Positions 9,803 through 19,795 of a stretch of 51,867 bases of DNA are shown here, piece by piece (position 1 is the first letter of the stretch; every line of letters starts with the position of its first letter). The DNA comes from Nitrospira japonica. GTDB lineage: Bacteria; Nitrospirota; Thermodesulfovibrionia; Thermodesulfovibrionales; SM23-35. The position numbers were made by a program, and so were the translations under genes. The notes beneath the pieces were generated by a model, which worked only from the letters and a program-made list of their open reading frames with translations, searched no databases and was not told where the DNA came from. The stretch covers positions 1-51,867 of the forward strand of contig DYFC01000026.1 in assembly GCA_020725385.1 (NCBI GenBank). Direction: 5' to 3'.

Positions 9803-11263
9803 ATGATGCTTAAAAGAAAACCTATTTTCATAGCATCCATATTTACAATCGCAGGTTTGATTTTAGGGCTGATTATCTCTTCAAATTTTGGTTTTCATTC
9901 AAAGGGTTATTCAGGAGAAGCTTCTATTTCCAAAGAGGCCATAGAAATTCTTACGAAAACAAATAATGCTATTGCAGAAGTCGCCGAAGCAGTAAAACCT
10001 TCTGTAGTGAATATTTCTTCTACAAAAACTATAAAGGACCACGGCATACCATCTCCTTTTTCTAATGACCCCTTTTTCAGGAGATTTTTTGGTGATGATT
10101 TATTTGATAAGCCAAGAGAACACAAGCAATCAGGTCTTGGCTCCGGAGTTATTGTAGATAAAAACGGCTATATACTCACCAACAATCACGTAATAAAAGA
10201 CGCTGATGAAATAAAAGTGAAGCTCTCAGACAAGAGAGAGTTTAAAGGCAAAGTTATCGGTACCGATAAAAAAACAGATATAGCAGTTGTCAAAATAGAC
10301 GCGAAAGATCTTCCAGCCATAAGATTTGGAGATTCTGATAAGTTAAAAGTTGGTGAGACAGTTCTTGCTATAGGGAATCCATTCGGGCTAAATCTTACTG
10401 TAACAACTGGAATTATAAGCGCAACAGGTAGAGCAAATGTTGGGATAGCAGATTATGAAGATTTCATACAGACAGATGCTGCTATTAATCCAGGCAATTC
10501 CGGTGGAGCTCTTGTAAATGTAAGAGGTGAATTGGTTGGAATTAATACTGCAATTTTAAGTACAAGCGGAGGCTATCAGGGAATTGGGTTTGCTATCCCG
10601 AGCAATATGGCAAAAGCTGTTATGGATTCTCTTATTAAAAAAGGCAAAGTTGTCAGGGGATGGCTGGGTGTTAGTATACAGGATTTAACACCCGAACTTG
10701 TTAAGCAGTTCAACCTTAAATCAGAAGAAGGTGTTCTTGTAGCAGATGTTGTTGAAGATAGTCCTGCTGAAAAAGTAGGGATAGAGCGGGGAGATGTTAT
10801 AGTTGAATTTGATGGCAAAGAGGTTAAAGACTCTCGCAGTCTGAGAAACATGGTAGCAGGGACTGCGCCTGATACAGAGGTTAAAATCAAGTTAATCAGA
10901 AATGGAAGTTCAAAAACAATTACTGCAAAAATAAGTGAAGTATCGGGTGAGATGAGAGCAGGCTTAAAGGATTATGAAAATCTCCTAAAAGGTGTTTCGG
11001 TTCAGGATTTAACTCCTTCAATCAGAAAAAGCCTGAATATTCAGAAGAAAATTGATGGTGTAGTTATAACTGATATTGAAGAAGACAGTCCTGCTGAAGG
11101 GGTATTAATGAGAGATGATGTAATAATGGAGATTAACAGGAAAAAGATTAAGAATGTAAAAGACTATGAGTCAGTGGTATCAAAGATTAAATCAGATCAG
11201 AATATTTTACTTCTGCTTCACAGAAAAGGTGCCACAACTTATATAACTTTAACAGAGAAATGA
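9803..11263 (+). CDS. degP: HtrA/DegP (Do) serine protease with two PDZ domains
   Basis: TNNHV, DIAV, QTDAAINPGNSGG, RGWLGV; N-terminal signal/TM. Confidence 0.93.
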   Translation: MMLKRKPIFIASIFTIAGLILGLIISSNFGFHSKGYSGEASISKEAIEILTKTNNAIAEVAEAVKPSVVNISSTKTIKDHGIPSPFSNDPFFRRFFGDDLFDKPREHKQSGLGSGVIVDKNGYILTNNHVIKDADEIKVKLSDKREFKGKVIGTDKKTDIAVVKIDAKDLPAIRFGDSDKLKVGETVLAIGNPFGLNLTVTTGIISATGRANVGIADYEDFIQTDAAINPGNSGGALVNVRGELVGINTAILSTSGGYQGIGFAIPSNMAKAVMDSLIKKGKVVRGWLGVSIQDLTPELVKQFNLKSEEGVLVADVVEDSPAEKVGIERGDVIVEFDGKEVKDSRSLRNMVAGTAPDTEVKIKLIRNGSSKTITAKISEVSGEMRAGLKDYENLLKGVSVQDLTPSIRKSLNIQKKIDGVVITDIEEDSPAEGVLMRDDVIMEINRKKIKNVKDYESVVSKIKSDQNILLLLHRKGATTYITLTEK

Positions 11264-11271
11264 GGTAAAAA

Positions 11272-11430
11272 ATGAAAGCTAACAAATGTATAAGCTGTGA
11301 CAACAAAACCTTGCAGAAAGACGGGATTTGTGTTTCTTGTAAAACAGGCATTCGTCAGATGCATAAAGAACTGCTTGACCTTATGCAGAAACAAAGAAAT
11401 CAGAATTCGAAAAGAACCCGCAACAGGTAG
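11272..11430 (+). CDS. Unannotated 52-aa putative zinc-binding microprotein
   Basis: MKANKCISCDNKTLQKDGICVSCKTGIRQMHKELLDLMQKQRNQNSKRTRNR*; CxxC-x10-CxxC; GAGGT SD 5 nt upstream; followed by a terminator. Confidence 0.7.
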   Translation: MKANKCISCDNKTLQKDGICVSCKTGIRQMHKELLDLMQKQRNQNSKRTRNR

Positions 11431-11433
11431 CTT

Positions 11434-11484
11434 AAAACAAATCGGGCTGACAGTTAGACATTAATTGTCAGCCCGATTTGTTTT
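11434..11484. terminator. Bidirectional intrinsic terminator
   Basis: 19-bp perfect stem AAAACAAATCGGGCTGACA / TGTCAGCCCGATTTGTTTT between convergent genes. Confidence 0.85.
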
Positions 11485-11487
11485 TTA

Positions 11488-12909
11488 TCAATTACTTCTT
11501 AGTACCCTTAATGCCCTGCTTCTTATAGGATGTTTTAGTTTCTTAATTGCCTTGGCTTCAATCTGCCTTACACGTTCCCTTGTAATTGAGAGATGCCTTC
11601 CAACTTCTTCAAGAGTATGGTCGCGCTCAAAACCTATTCCGAATCTCATCCTGATAACGAGTTCTTCTTTAGGTGTTAAAGTATGCAGAACCTTTATAAT
11701 ATCCTCGGTAGTATTTCTTTTTTCAACATCTGAATACAGGTTGATGTTGTTATCACTGATGAAATTTTCAAGTGTTGTCTCTTCATCTCCAACAAGTGTT
11801 TGCAAAGCTATGGGATCCTGAATCGCTCTATAAACATCGTCGACTTTGCTTCTTGAGACACCGAGTTTTTTTGCTATTTCATCAATATCAGGTTCTTTGC
11901 CAAGTTGTTGTGTTAGTTCCTTCGCAGTTGCAGATACTTTATTGTAAAATTCAACCATATGGACAGGAACTCTTATAGTTTTTGTCTGATCTATCAATGC
12001 TCTTGTGATTCCCTGTCTTATCCACCATGTTGCATACGTGCTGAATTTAAAACCCTTTCTATAATCAAATTTATCTATTGCCCTCATAAGACCTATATTA
12101 CCTTCCTGAATTAAATCAAGCAAAGACAAACCTCTTCCAATATAATTTTTGGCAATGTTAATAACCAGTCTCAGATTATGTGTTATTAATTCTTCCTTTG
12201 CGGATGTTACCAGATTCACAACTTTATTGAGCATTCCGTGTTTGATTTTGAATTCTTCAGCACCCAGTCCTGTTTCAGATGCGATCTTTTTGTATACTTC
12301 AAGAGTTTCCCTTGCGAGCGCAGAAAGTTTAAAAGGATTTATATCTTTTTTCTTTTTCTCTTGAATGTATTTTTTAAGGTCTTTCAGAGAACCATATCTT
12401 TCAATTTTAGCTTCAGCTTCGGATAATTGCTTAATTAAATTATCAAGGACAATAATCGTTTGTCTTAATGCCTCTTCTTTAGTATCATCATCGGGTATGT
12501 TATCATCCGTTTTCTCCATCTCACCGAGTTTTTGAATTGTTTTTTGATAAAATGGGGTTTTTGTAACTATTTCCTCGATGATTTTTTTGCCTTCTTCTAT
12601 TTTACGGGCAAGTTCAACCTCTTCATCCCTTGTTAATACCTGAATATCGCCCATTGAGTGGAAATAGGCCTGGACAAGATCTTGAGATTTTTCATCCGAT
12701 TCCCCGATAATTTCTTCTTCCGCAAGAATATCACCTTCTTCACTTTCAATGATGCTTATGCCGGTTTCTTGAATTGTACCTATCATCTCTTCATATTCTT
12801 CCTGTGAAATCATTTCAGAAGCAAAAAATTCATTTATCTCATCATAGGTTACATAACCACGCCTTTTGCCGAGTTCAATAAGGTCTTCTATGATATCCCA
12901 TTCTTTCAT
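11488..12909 (-). CDS. RpoD-like sigma-70 factor, probably an alternative paralog
   Basis: Region 1.1 GYVTYDEIN, NLRLVINIAK, DLIQEGNIGL, FSTYATWWIRQ, TLEEVG..TRERVRQIE; no dnaG neighbour. Confidence 0.9.
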   Translation of the reverse strand: MKEWDIIEDLIELGKRRGYVTYDEINEFFASEMISQEEYEEMIGTIQETGISIIESEEGDILAEEEIIGESDEKSQDLVQAYFHSMGDIQVLTRDEEVELARKIEEGKKIIEEIVTKTPFYQKTIQKLGEMEKTDDNIPDDDTKEEALRQTIIVLDNLIKQLSEAEAKIERYGSLKDLKKYIQEKKKKDINPFKLSALARETLEVYKKIASETGLGAEEFKIKHGMLNKVVNLVTSAKEELITHNLRLVINIAKNYIGRGLSLLDLIQEGNIGLMRAIDKFDYRKGFKFSTYATWWIRQGITRALIDQTKTIRVPVHMVEFYNKVSATAKELTQQLGKEPDIDEIAKKLGVSRSKVDDVYRAIQDPIALQTLVGDEETTLENFISDNNINLYSDVEKRNTTEDIIKVLHTLTPKEELVIRMRFGIGFERDHTLEEVGRHLSITRERVRQIEAKAIKKLKHPIRSRALRVLRSN

Positions 12910-13021
12910 TTTATTTGCCTGTCTTTCTTATCGTCATTAATGTTAATAATGTTTAACTTAGATATATCTTCCAGCATAAAACCCGTTAATACATATTTTT
13001 TAAATAATTTTATTAATTAAA

Positions 13022-13037
13022 AGCAATTCGTATGCCA
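13022..13037 (-). promoter_or_regulatory. Sigma-54 (-24/-12) promoter for the RpoD-like gene
   Basis: Minus strand TGGCATACGAATTGCT, GG-N10-GC spacing, about 110 bp upstream of the ATG. Confidence 0.8.
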
Positions 13038-13211
13038 TGCTAAGAGGTTTTAATTAGAATTTAGGGGTAAAATAATATTCAAGATATTTTTTGTAACTTA
13101 TTGGATTTATTGGGAAAATGTCCCGGGAAAATTGAAGTAGTCAAATATGTTGCCGGTTCTTATTAAATATTAATCGAAACAAAATAAGAATATGTAACTT
13201 TTTACTTATAC

Positions 13212-13227
13212 TGTGTAAAAATCCACA
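13212..13227. promoter_or_regulatory. Candidate enhancer-binding-protein UAS
   Basis: TGT-N10-ACA (TGTGTAAAAATCCACA) about 175 bp upstream of the sigma54 motif. Confidence 0.4.
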
Positions 13228-13240
13228 GAGTTAATTTTTT

Positions 13241-14236
13241 TCAGATTATGTCAGGGTTTATTTCTTCTTTTTTTTCAGTTGTATCAGAAATTGGTTCCGG
13301 AGTTTCAGGAGCAACTTCGATTGGTTGCTCCTGAAACTCTTTTGAATAATAATAACTAAGGACTATAGCAATTACCACGAGACTGAGATATGTCTGCAAA
13401 GCATAGTATAAAAATTGGTATGGGAAAGAAATGATAGTACCTATTATTGGTATCAAAGTAAAAGGATAGCTGAGAAGTCCAAGAAGAAAGAGTATAATAA
13501 AGTACCCTAAAAACAGGACAGTATAGAGCCAAAAGCCATTCGGGTATTTTAAGAGAAAATTTACAGCTTCTTTTATTGATTTAAAAGCACCTGTTTTCTT
13601 GAAATAGAGTGCTGCAAAGCCATAAATAGTTATGGCAAGGATAAATATGATCATTATTATGGAGAGAATTACAAGTATTAAAGAAAAGAATGTTCCGAAA
13701 AATAATGCAAGAGTCGAGTCCTGCTCTTTTGCATATGATATAATCGCTGCTATACTCCCGCCAACAATACTGAGAAAGAATGCTGTTAAAATAAAAATAA
13801 GTCCGATTACCGATGTAAATCCAAGTAATTTAAGAAAAAGACTTTTTGCCTCATGTGTGAAGTCCTTAAATGAAAAATGAGTTAAATTTCCCTGTAAGGT
13901 TTTACCGATAACACCAATTGAACCGCCAAGAACGTATAAGCCAAGCATTATCGCAAAAAGTATATATAAGATTAAACTGATTGTAAGAAGTAGAATCAGA
14001 ACTATGTATTTTGAGAAAGTATTCGAAGGTGACTTTAATATTCTGAAGACATCAGTTATATCCGTGAATTCTGTCAGGTCAATGCCAAATATAATAAATG
14101 CAATTCCAAAAGGGATACCAACAATAATGAAAAAAGAAATTATGCTGACAAACAGCATGCCAATCTGGATTAGAACCAGTTGCCAGTTCTTATTTATTGT
14201 CTTGAAACCATTTTTTATAGCTTCAATATATTTCAT
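13241..14236 (-). CDS. Hypothetical polytopic membrane protein
   Basis: 331 aa with multiple long hydrophobic segments; overlaps the helicase stop. Confidence 0.8.
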   Translation of the reverse strand: MKYIEAIKNGFKTINKNWQLVLIQIGMLFVSIISFFIIVGIPFGIAFIIFGIDLTEFTDITDVFRILKSPSNTFSKYIVLILLLTISLILYILFAIMLGLYVLGGSIGVIGKTLQGNLTHFSFKDFTHEAKSLFLKLLGFTSVIGLIFILTAFFLSIVGGSIAAIISYAKEQDSTLALFFGTFFSLILVILSIIMIIFILAITIYGFAALYFKKTGAFKSIKEAVNFLLKYPNGFWLYTVLFLGYFIILFLLGLLSYPFTLIPIIGTIISFPYQFLYYALQTYLSLVVIAIVLSYYYSKEFQEQPIEVAPETPEPISDTTEKKEEINPDII

Positions 14237-16220
14237 TGGATAACTCTACAATGACCTCCTCATATGATTCTCTTGGCAACTCTTTAATAAAACGTGAAGG
14301 CCTTACAAAACCTATCCCCTGCCATTCTTGAGAAGATTCAGGATAGCAGAGATATAGTTCTTCCTTAGCTCTTGTTACTGCAACGTAAAAAAGTCTTCTT
14401 TCTTCCTCTTCGTCATCTGTTCTAAGAGCTCTTGCAGATGGAAATCTACCTTCATTTAAACCGATAATAAAAACAGTATTCCACTCAAGCCCTTTTGCCT
14501 GATGTACTGTTGACAGTATAACACATTCACGGGAATCATCTGAATTTTGTTCATCAGCACCGGAAGCACTTTGAAGGCTCATATCACTTGTAAAAGACTC
14601 AAGAGTTTTATATCTCATAGAAAATTTTGCCATCTGGTTTATATCTTCAATACGCTCCTCTGCATTAGGGTAATGTCTGTATAAATATTCTTCATATCCA
14701 TATTTCATAATATATTCTATAGCAGATGGAGGCTTAATCATATTTTCAGTATTATAATCTCTTATTAAGATTTTCAGAAGCGCCAGGAAATGTTCTATAT
14801 TACCTGTAGCTTTTCTCGGAACAAATTTTTTAGATTTAAAAATAGCTTCAAGAGGATTTTCTGATGTCCTTATGTTTTCCCATATTTTCGATGCTGTAAT
14901 ATTGCCGATACCCGGAATAAGTTTTAATGCCCTTTTCCAGCTCAGTTCGTCGTATGGATTCAAAAGTACTTTAAGAAATGAGAGAATATCTTTGATATGA
15001 GCCTGTTCAAAAAATTTCAGCCCTGACCTTATCTCAAAAGGTATATTTCTTCTTTGAAGTTCCATTTGAAGTTCCATAGACTGGAAATGCGAGCGATATA
15101 ATACAGCTATATCATTTAAAGATATGCCATCAGAAATAAAATCAAGTATCTTTTGTGATATAAAATCTGCTTGCTGATAAATATCTTTAAGTGAAACAAG
15201 ATAAGGCAAGTTGCCGGTATTCTTAATCGATTTAAGCTTTTTCTGGAATTGACGCATATTATTAGAAATACTATTATTTGCAAGATATAATATTTCAGGT
15301 GTGGAACGGTAGTTTATTGTTAAGTTGAATATTTTTGCATCAGGGTATCTTTCTTTAAATTTAAGTATATTCTCAAAATTAGCGCCTCTGAAAGAGTATA
15401 TTGACTGGGCATCATCTCCGACTGCCATAATATTTCGATTTAAAGAAGAGATTATATCAACAATTTCAGCCTGAAGTTTATTTGTGTCCTGATATTCATC
15501 AACAAGTATGTGCTGGAATTTTCTTGAATAAAATTCCTTAATACTATCATTTTCAAGTAAAAGCATCTTCCAGTTTGTAAGCAGATCATCAAAATCCATA
15601 AGATTCAGATTTTTCTTTTTAGTTTCATAAACTAGCAAAGTATCATTTATTTCATCTATGATATTCAGGGAATGTGGAAATCTGAAAAGTAAAACTTCTT
15701 CAACTGTTTTTCCGGTATTTTTTGCAAGGCTGTATATATCGGCCAGTACCGACCCTTTTGGCATCAATTTATTCCTGTTACCCATTTCCGTAACACATAT
15801 TTCGAACAATTCCTTTGAATCTTCCCTGTCAAGAATCGAAAAGCCCTGATTGTATCCGAGAAGCTGGCAATGTTTCCTTAGTACCATATTGCCAATATGA
15901 TGAAAAGTTCCTCCGAAAAGTTCCTGTATATTTCTACCAATTAATAACTCAACTCTCCTCATCATCTCACGGGCAGCTTTATTTGTAAATGTCAAAAGAA
16001 GGATATTTGCCGGACTTATTCCTGTATTTATCAGATGTGCCACACGGTATGTAACTGTTCTTGTTTTTCCTGTTCCGGCACCGGCAAGCACAAGCATTGG
16101 ACCGCCCTGATGTGTAACAACTTCAAACTGTTCCTGATTAAGCTCTTTTTCATAGTTGAGTCTTACTGAAGACGTTATATTATGTAAAAAATATTTCTTC
16201 ATATTATACGCTATATTCAT
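14223..16220 (-). CDS. UvrD/PcrA/Rep-family ATP-dependent DNA helicase
   Basis: AGAGTGKT, TFTNKAA, LVDEYQDTN, VGDDAQSIYSFRGA, HQAKGLEW, EERRLFYVAVTRA. Confidence 0.93.
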   Translation of the reverse strand: MNIAYNMKKYFLHNITSSVRLNYEKELNQEQFEVVTHQGGPMLVLAGAGTGKTRTVTYRVAHLINTGISPANILLLTFTNKAAREMMRRVELLIGRNIQELFGGTFHHIGNMVLRKHCQLLGYNQGFSILDREDSKELFEICVTEMGNRNKLMPKGSVLADIYSLAKNTGKTVEEVLLFRFPHSLNIIDEINDTLLVYETKKKNLNLMDFDDLLTNWKMLLLENDSIKEFYSRKFQHILVDEYQDTNKLQAEIVDIISSLNRNIMAVGDDAQSIYSFRGANFENILKFKERYPDAKIFNLTINYRSTPEILYLANNSISNNMRQFQKKLKSIKNTGNLPYLVSLKDIYQQADFISQKILDFISDGISLNDIAVLYRSHFQSMELQMELQRRNIPFEIRSGLKFFEQAHIKDILSFLKVLLNPYDELSWKRALKLIPGIGNITASKIWENIRTSENPLEAIFKSKKFVPRKATGNIEHFLALLKILIRDYNTENMIKPPSAIEYIMKYGYEEYLYRHYPNAEERIEDINQMAKFSMRYKTLESFTSDMSLQSASGADEQNSDDSRECVILSTVHQAKGLEWNTVFIIGLNEGRFPSARALRTDDEEEERRLFYVAVTRAKEELYLCYPESSQEWQGIGFVRPSRFIKELPRESYEEVIVELSNEIY

Positions 16221-17559
16221 TCAGTTTCCCGGCAATCTGTCTTGCATAATCAGACAATGTATCATCTCTTGCTCCAAAAATTACATAAGTATCATATTTA
16301 TCGAGCATATTAAATATTTCAGCACGTTCATGAAAAACCTGTGCTGATTTACCAGCATTATTAATTTCAATTGCAAGGTCTTCACTTGATATATCCTTAC
16401 CAGCAGTTCCTCCGGCATAAAATATTGGTAAAAGTACAAGATAATCCGGATCCCGTAAATTATTTACAAATGTTTTAATATAACCATCTTTCATGAGTTT
16501 TGTAGGTCCGAACCCATGAGGCTGAAAGATATAACAGATTCTTTCTCTAAATTTTTTAACTGTTTGCATAAGAGATTCTATTTTATGAGGATTATGAGCA
16601 TAATCATCTATAACTAAGTACTTTCCATTATATAAATGTACATCGAATCTTCTTGTAATTCCTTTAAAGTCAGGAATTACTTCAGCAATATCTTTTAAAG
16701 AAATATTTAAATTTGAAAGAAGAGAAATACACGAAAGGGCATTATAGACATTATATTTGCCCGGCAACGAAACCCGAAAGATCACGTTATCAATGGTAAA
16801 AATAGTATCAAAAGGATTATAAGTAATGTCTTTGGCCCGAAAATCCGAAAAATTTTCAATCGAAAAACTAATGGAATTCTTAAACTTTATTTTTTCGAGA
16901 TTAGAATCATCTGCATTTATGAAAACAGTTCTATTGGTATTTTCTCCGAGCATCTTAAACATCCCTGCTGTATCTTCAACCGGGTTGTGATCAAGGCTTA
17001 GATTCGAAATTACAGTATATTCAGGATGATAATTGACAATTGAACCATCTGATTCGCAAGCCTCAAAAACCATTAAATCCGATTTTCCATATAGATAATT
17101 GCCGGTACAATTGTTCTTGAAAAAATTTTTAACCTTGCCTCCGCCTATATAATTAGGTTCAAGACCGAGTTGGTTCATTATAAAAGCAAGCATTCCTGCG
17201 ATAGTGGATTTTCCACTTGTACCTGCCACTGCGATGGTTTTATATTCAGATATTAGTTGATTTAAAAATTCAGGACGGGTTTTTATTGGGAGACCAAGTT
17301 CATGAGCTCTAATAATATCAGGGTTATTAGATTCAACAGCTGTGCTTGAAATGATTAAATCAAAACTTGAATCAATTTTAGAGCCATCTTGCTTAAAGAT
17401 GGATATGCTTTTTTCTCTTAAGATATTTGCTGTAATATTATCTGGCTGAATATCAAAAGTTCTATCCGAACCAGCAATAACATGACCCCTATCGTGAAGA
17501 AAACCGGCAATTGCAGACATTCCGCTCCCGCCAATTCCTGATAAATAAATTTTTGCCAT
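16204..17559 (-). CDS. MurC/Mpl-like Mur ligase paralog
   Basis: GIGGSGMSAIA, AGTSGKST, EACESDGS, DDYAHNP, FQPH; start trimmed to ATG 17559. Confidence 0.85.
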   Translation of the reverse strand: MAKIYLSGIGGSGMSAIAGFLHDRGHVIAGSDRTFDIQPDNITANILREKSISIFKQDGSKIDSSFDLIISSTAVESNNPDIIRAHELGLPIKTRPEFLNQLISEYKTIAVAGTSGKSTIAGMLAFIMNQLGLEPNYIGGGKVKNFFKNNCTGNYLYGKSDLMVFEACESDGSIVNYHPEYTVISNLSLDHNPVEDTAGMFKMLGENTNRTVFINADDSNLEKIKFKNSISFSIENFSDFRAKDITYNPFDTIFTIDNVIFRVSLPGKYNVYNALSCISLLSNLNISLKDIAEVIPDFKGITRRFDVHLYNGKYLVIDDYAHNPHKIESLMQTVKKFRERICYIFQPHGFGPTKLMKDGYIKTFVNNLRDPDYLVLLPIFYAGGTAGKDISSEDLAIEINNAGKSAQVFHERAEIFNMLDKYDTYVIFGARDDTLSDYARQIAGKLNEYSV

Positions 17560-17569
17560 TAATTTGGAA

Positions 17570-18055
17570 TTAACCAATCCTTTCGCATAGACGGTCAAGC
17601 AGACAAATTGCCTGTGCAGCGATGCCTTCATTTCTTCCAATAAACCCCATTGTCTCATTTGTTTTCGCTTTGATGTTTATTGCGCCGGGAGGAATACCTG
17701 CTTCGGAAAGAGCTTTTTTCATTGAATCAATATAAGGCTGCATCTTTGGTTTCTCTGCAAATATAATCGAATCAACCCATGCAACTTCAAGATTATTTGC
17801 ATGTACATGATCAATGATCTGTCTCAACATTACAATGCTTGAAATATCTTTCCAGCGCGGGTCTGTATCCGGGAAATGATGCCCGATGTCACCCAATCCG
17901 AGTGCCCCTATTATCGCATCAATTATAGCGTGGCATAAAACATCTGCGTCAGAATGTCCCTTAAGTCCTTTGCTAAAAGGTATTTCTACACCACCTATAA
18001 TGAGCTTGCGGCCTCTAACAAGTTTATGCGAATCATATCCTATGCCTATTCTCAT
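17570..18055 (-). CDS. ispF: 2-C-methyl-D-erythritol 2,4-cyclodiphosphate synthase
   Basis: MRIGIGYDSH, GHSDADVLCHA, GDIGHHFPD. Confidence 0.96.
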   Translation of the reverse strand: MRIGIGYDSHKLVRGRKLIIGGVEIPFSKGLKGHSDADVLCHAIIDAIIGALGLGDIGHHFPDTDPRWKDISSIVMLRQIIDHVHANNLEVAWVDSIIFAEKPKMQPYIDSMKKALSEAGIPPGAINIKAKTNETMGFIGRNEGIAAQAICLLDRLCERIG

Positions 18056-18750
18056 TGTGCCTCCATTTTTCTTAAAAATATTTCAGCGATTGAAATATCT
18101 TCCGGGGTTGTTATTTTGATGTTTTTGTAAGAACCCATAACAATTTTTACTTTCCCGCCATTGAATTCCACAAGAGATGAATCATCTGTAGAATAGTATT
18201 TCTCTTTCATCGCTTTAATATAAGCATCCATTATTGTTTCATACGGGAATACCTGCGGAGTCTGAACTGCCCATAGGTTTTCTCTTTTTAATGTTCTGTT
18301 TACAATCATTTTTTTTGACTCTTTTATTGTATCTTTTGGAGGCACTGCAAGGATAACTCCGTCATATCCTGATAGTTCCCTAATAGCATTTTCAACCATT
18401 TCTACGCTTATTATTGGCCTCACTGCATCATGTATAACTACTATAGAATTTTTATTTTCAATAAATTTAAGTCCATTATACACAGAGTCCTGTCTTTCTT
18501 TTCCGCCGGGAGCAATTTTTTTAACTTTCTTTATGCCTTCTTCTTCTATTAATCTCCGGCCGATTTCCATATCTTCTGGTTTCATGACAGGGATTATTTC
18601 TTTAATACTTTCTAAAGCCTCAAAAACCTCAAGAGAATATATAAAAAGAGGCTTGCCATTAAGTAAGATAAATGGCTTGTTTGAGCCAAATCTTTTACCC
18701 ATACCCGCAGCCGGCACAACTGCTATTATGTCCTGTTTTTTAGTTCGCAA
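18052..18750 (-). CDS. ispD: 2-C-methyl-D-erythritol 4-phosphate cytidylyltransferase
   Basis: PAAGMGKR, GGKERQDSV, IHDAVRP, QTPQ, TDD, NIKITTPED. Confidence 0.95.
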   Translation of the reverse strand: MRTKKQDIIAVVPAAGMGKRFGSNKPFILLNGKPLFIYSLEVFEALESIKEIIPVMKPEDMEIGRRLIEEEGIKKVKKIAPGGKERQDSVYNGLKFIENKNSIVVIHDAVRPIISVEMVENAIRELSGYDGVILAVPPKDTIKESKKMIVNRTLKRENLWAVQTPQVFPYETIMDAYIKAMKEKYYSTDDSSLVEFNGGKVKIVMGSYKNIKITTPEDISIAEIFLRKMEAQ

Positions 18751-18771
18751 TATTTCAACTCTTAAAATTAT

Positions 18772-19776
18772 CTATTTTGCTGTTCTTACTTCTTCATGCT
18801 CGTATTCTTCTTTTAGTTTTGTGAAGATCATTCTTCCTGCTGTTGTTTGAAGTACACTTGTGACAGTAACTTCGGCATTCTTGCCTATGAACTTTCTCGC
18901 ATTTTCCACAACTACCATTGTTCCATCATCAAGATATGCAACGCCCTGATTGTACTCTTTCCCTTCTTTTAAGATAAACACTTTCATGGACTCGCCGGGG
19001 AGCACAACAGGCTTAAGAGAATTAGCAAGTTCATTGATATTCAAAACAGAAATTCCGTGAAGTCCTGCAACTTTATTTAAATTGTAATCATTTGTTATTA
19101 CTTTTGCATTAAGAAGTTTTGCAAGAGCTACCAGTTTTGCATCAACCTCATGTATATTAGGGAAATCCTCATCAATAATCCTGACGTTAATATGAGACAT
19201 TTTCTGTATCTTGTGCAGAATGTCAAGCCCTCTTCTTCCCCGTGCTCTTTTCATAGGGTCAGGAGAATCCGCAATATGCTGGAGTTCCTGAAGAATGAAC
19301 TGTGGAAGAATAAAAACTCCTTCAAGAAACCCTGTTTCGCATATATCGGCAATACGGCCGTCAATTATTACACTCGTATCGAGAATCTTCTGATTCTCTT
19401 CAATACTTTGACCTCTGAATAATCTAAAGATACTCGCAAGAGAAATGGATTTTCCCTTATATAATCCAAGTAAAAGGCCACTATATCCAAATATGGTCAT
19501 TAATATCATTGAAACAAATTTAATTTCATCTCCAATGAATAGTCTTAAAGGCAAAACAATAAGATAGGCAAATAATAATCCGGAGGAAATACCCAGAATG
19601 CCTCCAATAATGATACCCGGAACAATTTTTCGGAAGTATATCTCAATACTAACTGCAATAATTCCGAGCACAGCACCTGATATGGTGCCATAAATTTCAT
19701 AATTGTACTTGAGTCCTATAAAATAACCTGAAAATCCAAGAAAAGCTATAATAATTGCTCTTATAATAAGTAACAT
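18772..19776 (-). CDS. PIN/TRAM domain membrane protein (YacL family)
   Basis: DTSVIIDGRI, RGRRGLDIL, TNDYNLNKVA, QGVAYLDDGTMVVVE; classic position before ispD. Confidence 0.92.
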   Translation of the reverse strand: MLLIIRAIIIAFLGFSGYFIGLKYNYEIYGTISGAVLGIIAVSIEIYFRKIVPGIIIGGILGISSGLLFAYLIVLPLRLFIGDEIKFVSMILMTIFGYSGLLLGLYKGKSISLASIFRLFRGQSIEENQKILDTSVIIDGRIADICETGFLEGVFILPQFILQELQHIADSPDPMKRARGRRGLDILHKIQKMSHINVRIIDEDFPNIHEVDAKLVALAKLLNAKVITNDYNLNKVAGLHGISVLNINELANSLKPVVLPGESMKVFILKEGKEYNQGVAYLDDGTMVVVENARKFIGKNAEVTVTSVLQTTAGRMIFTKLKEEYEHEEVRTAK

Positions 19777-19795
19777 TGTTCTCACCTCCTTTTAT

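Noticed and set aside
17560-17658. N-terminal extension of the Mur ligase ORF
   Set aside because: Overlaps ispF; the family motif starts at ATG 17559
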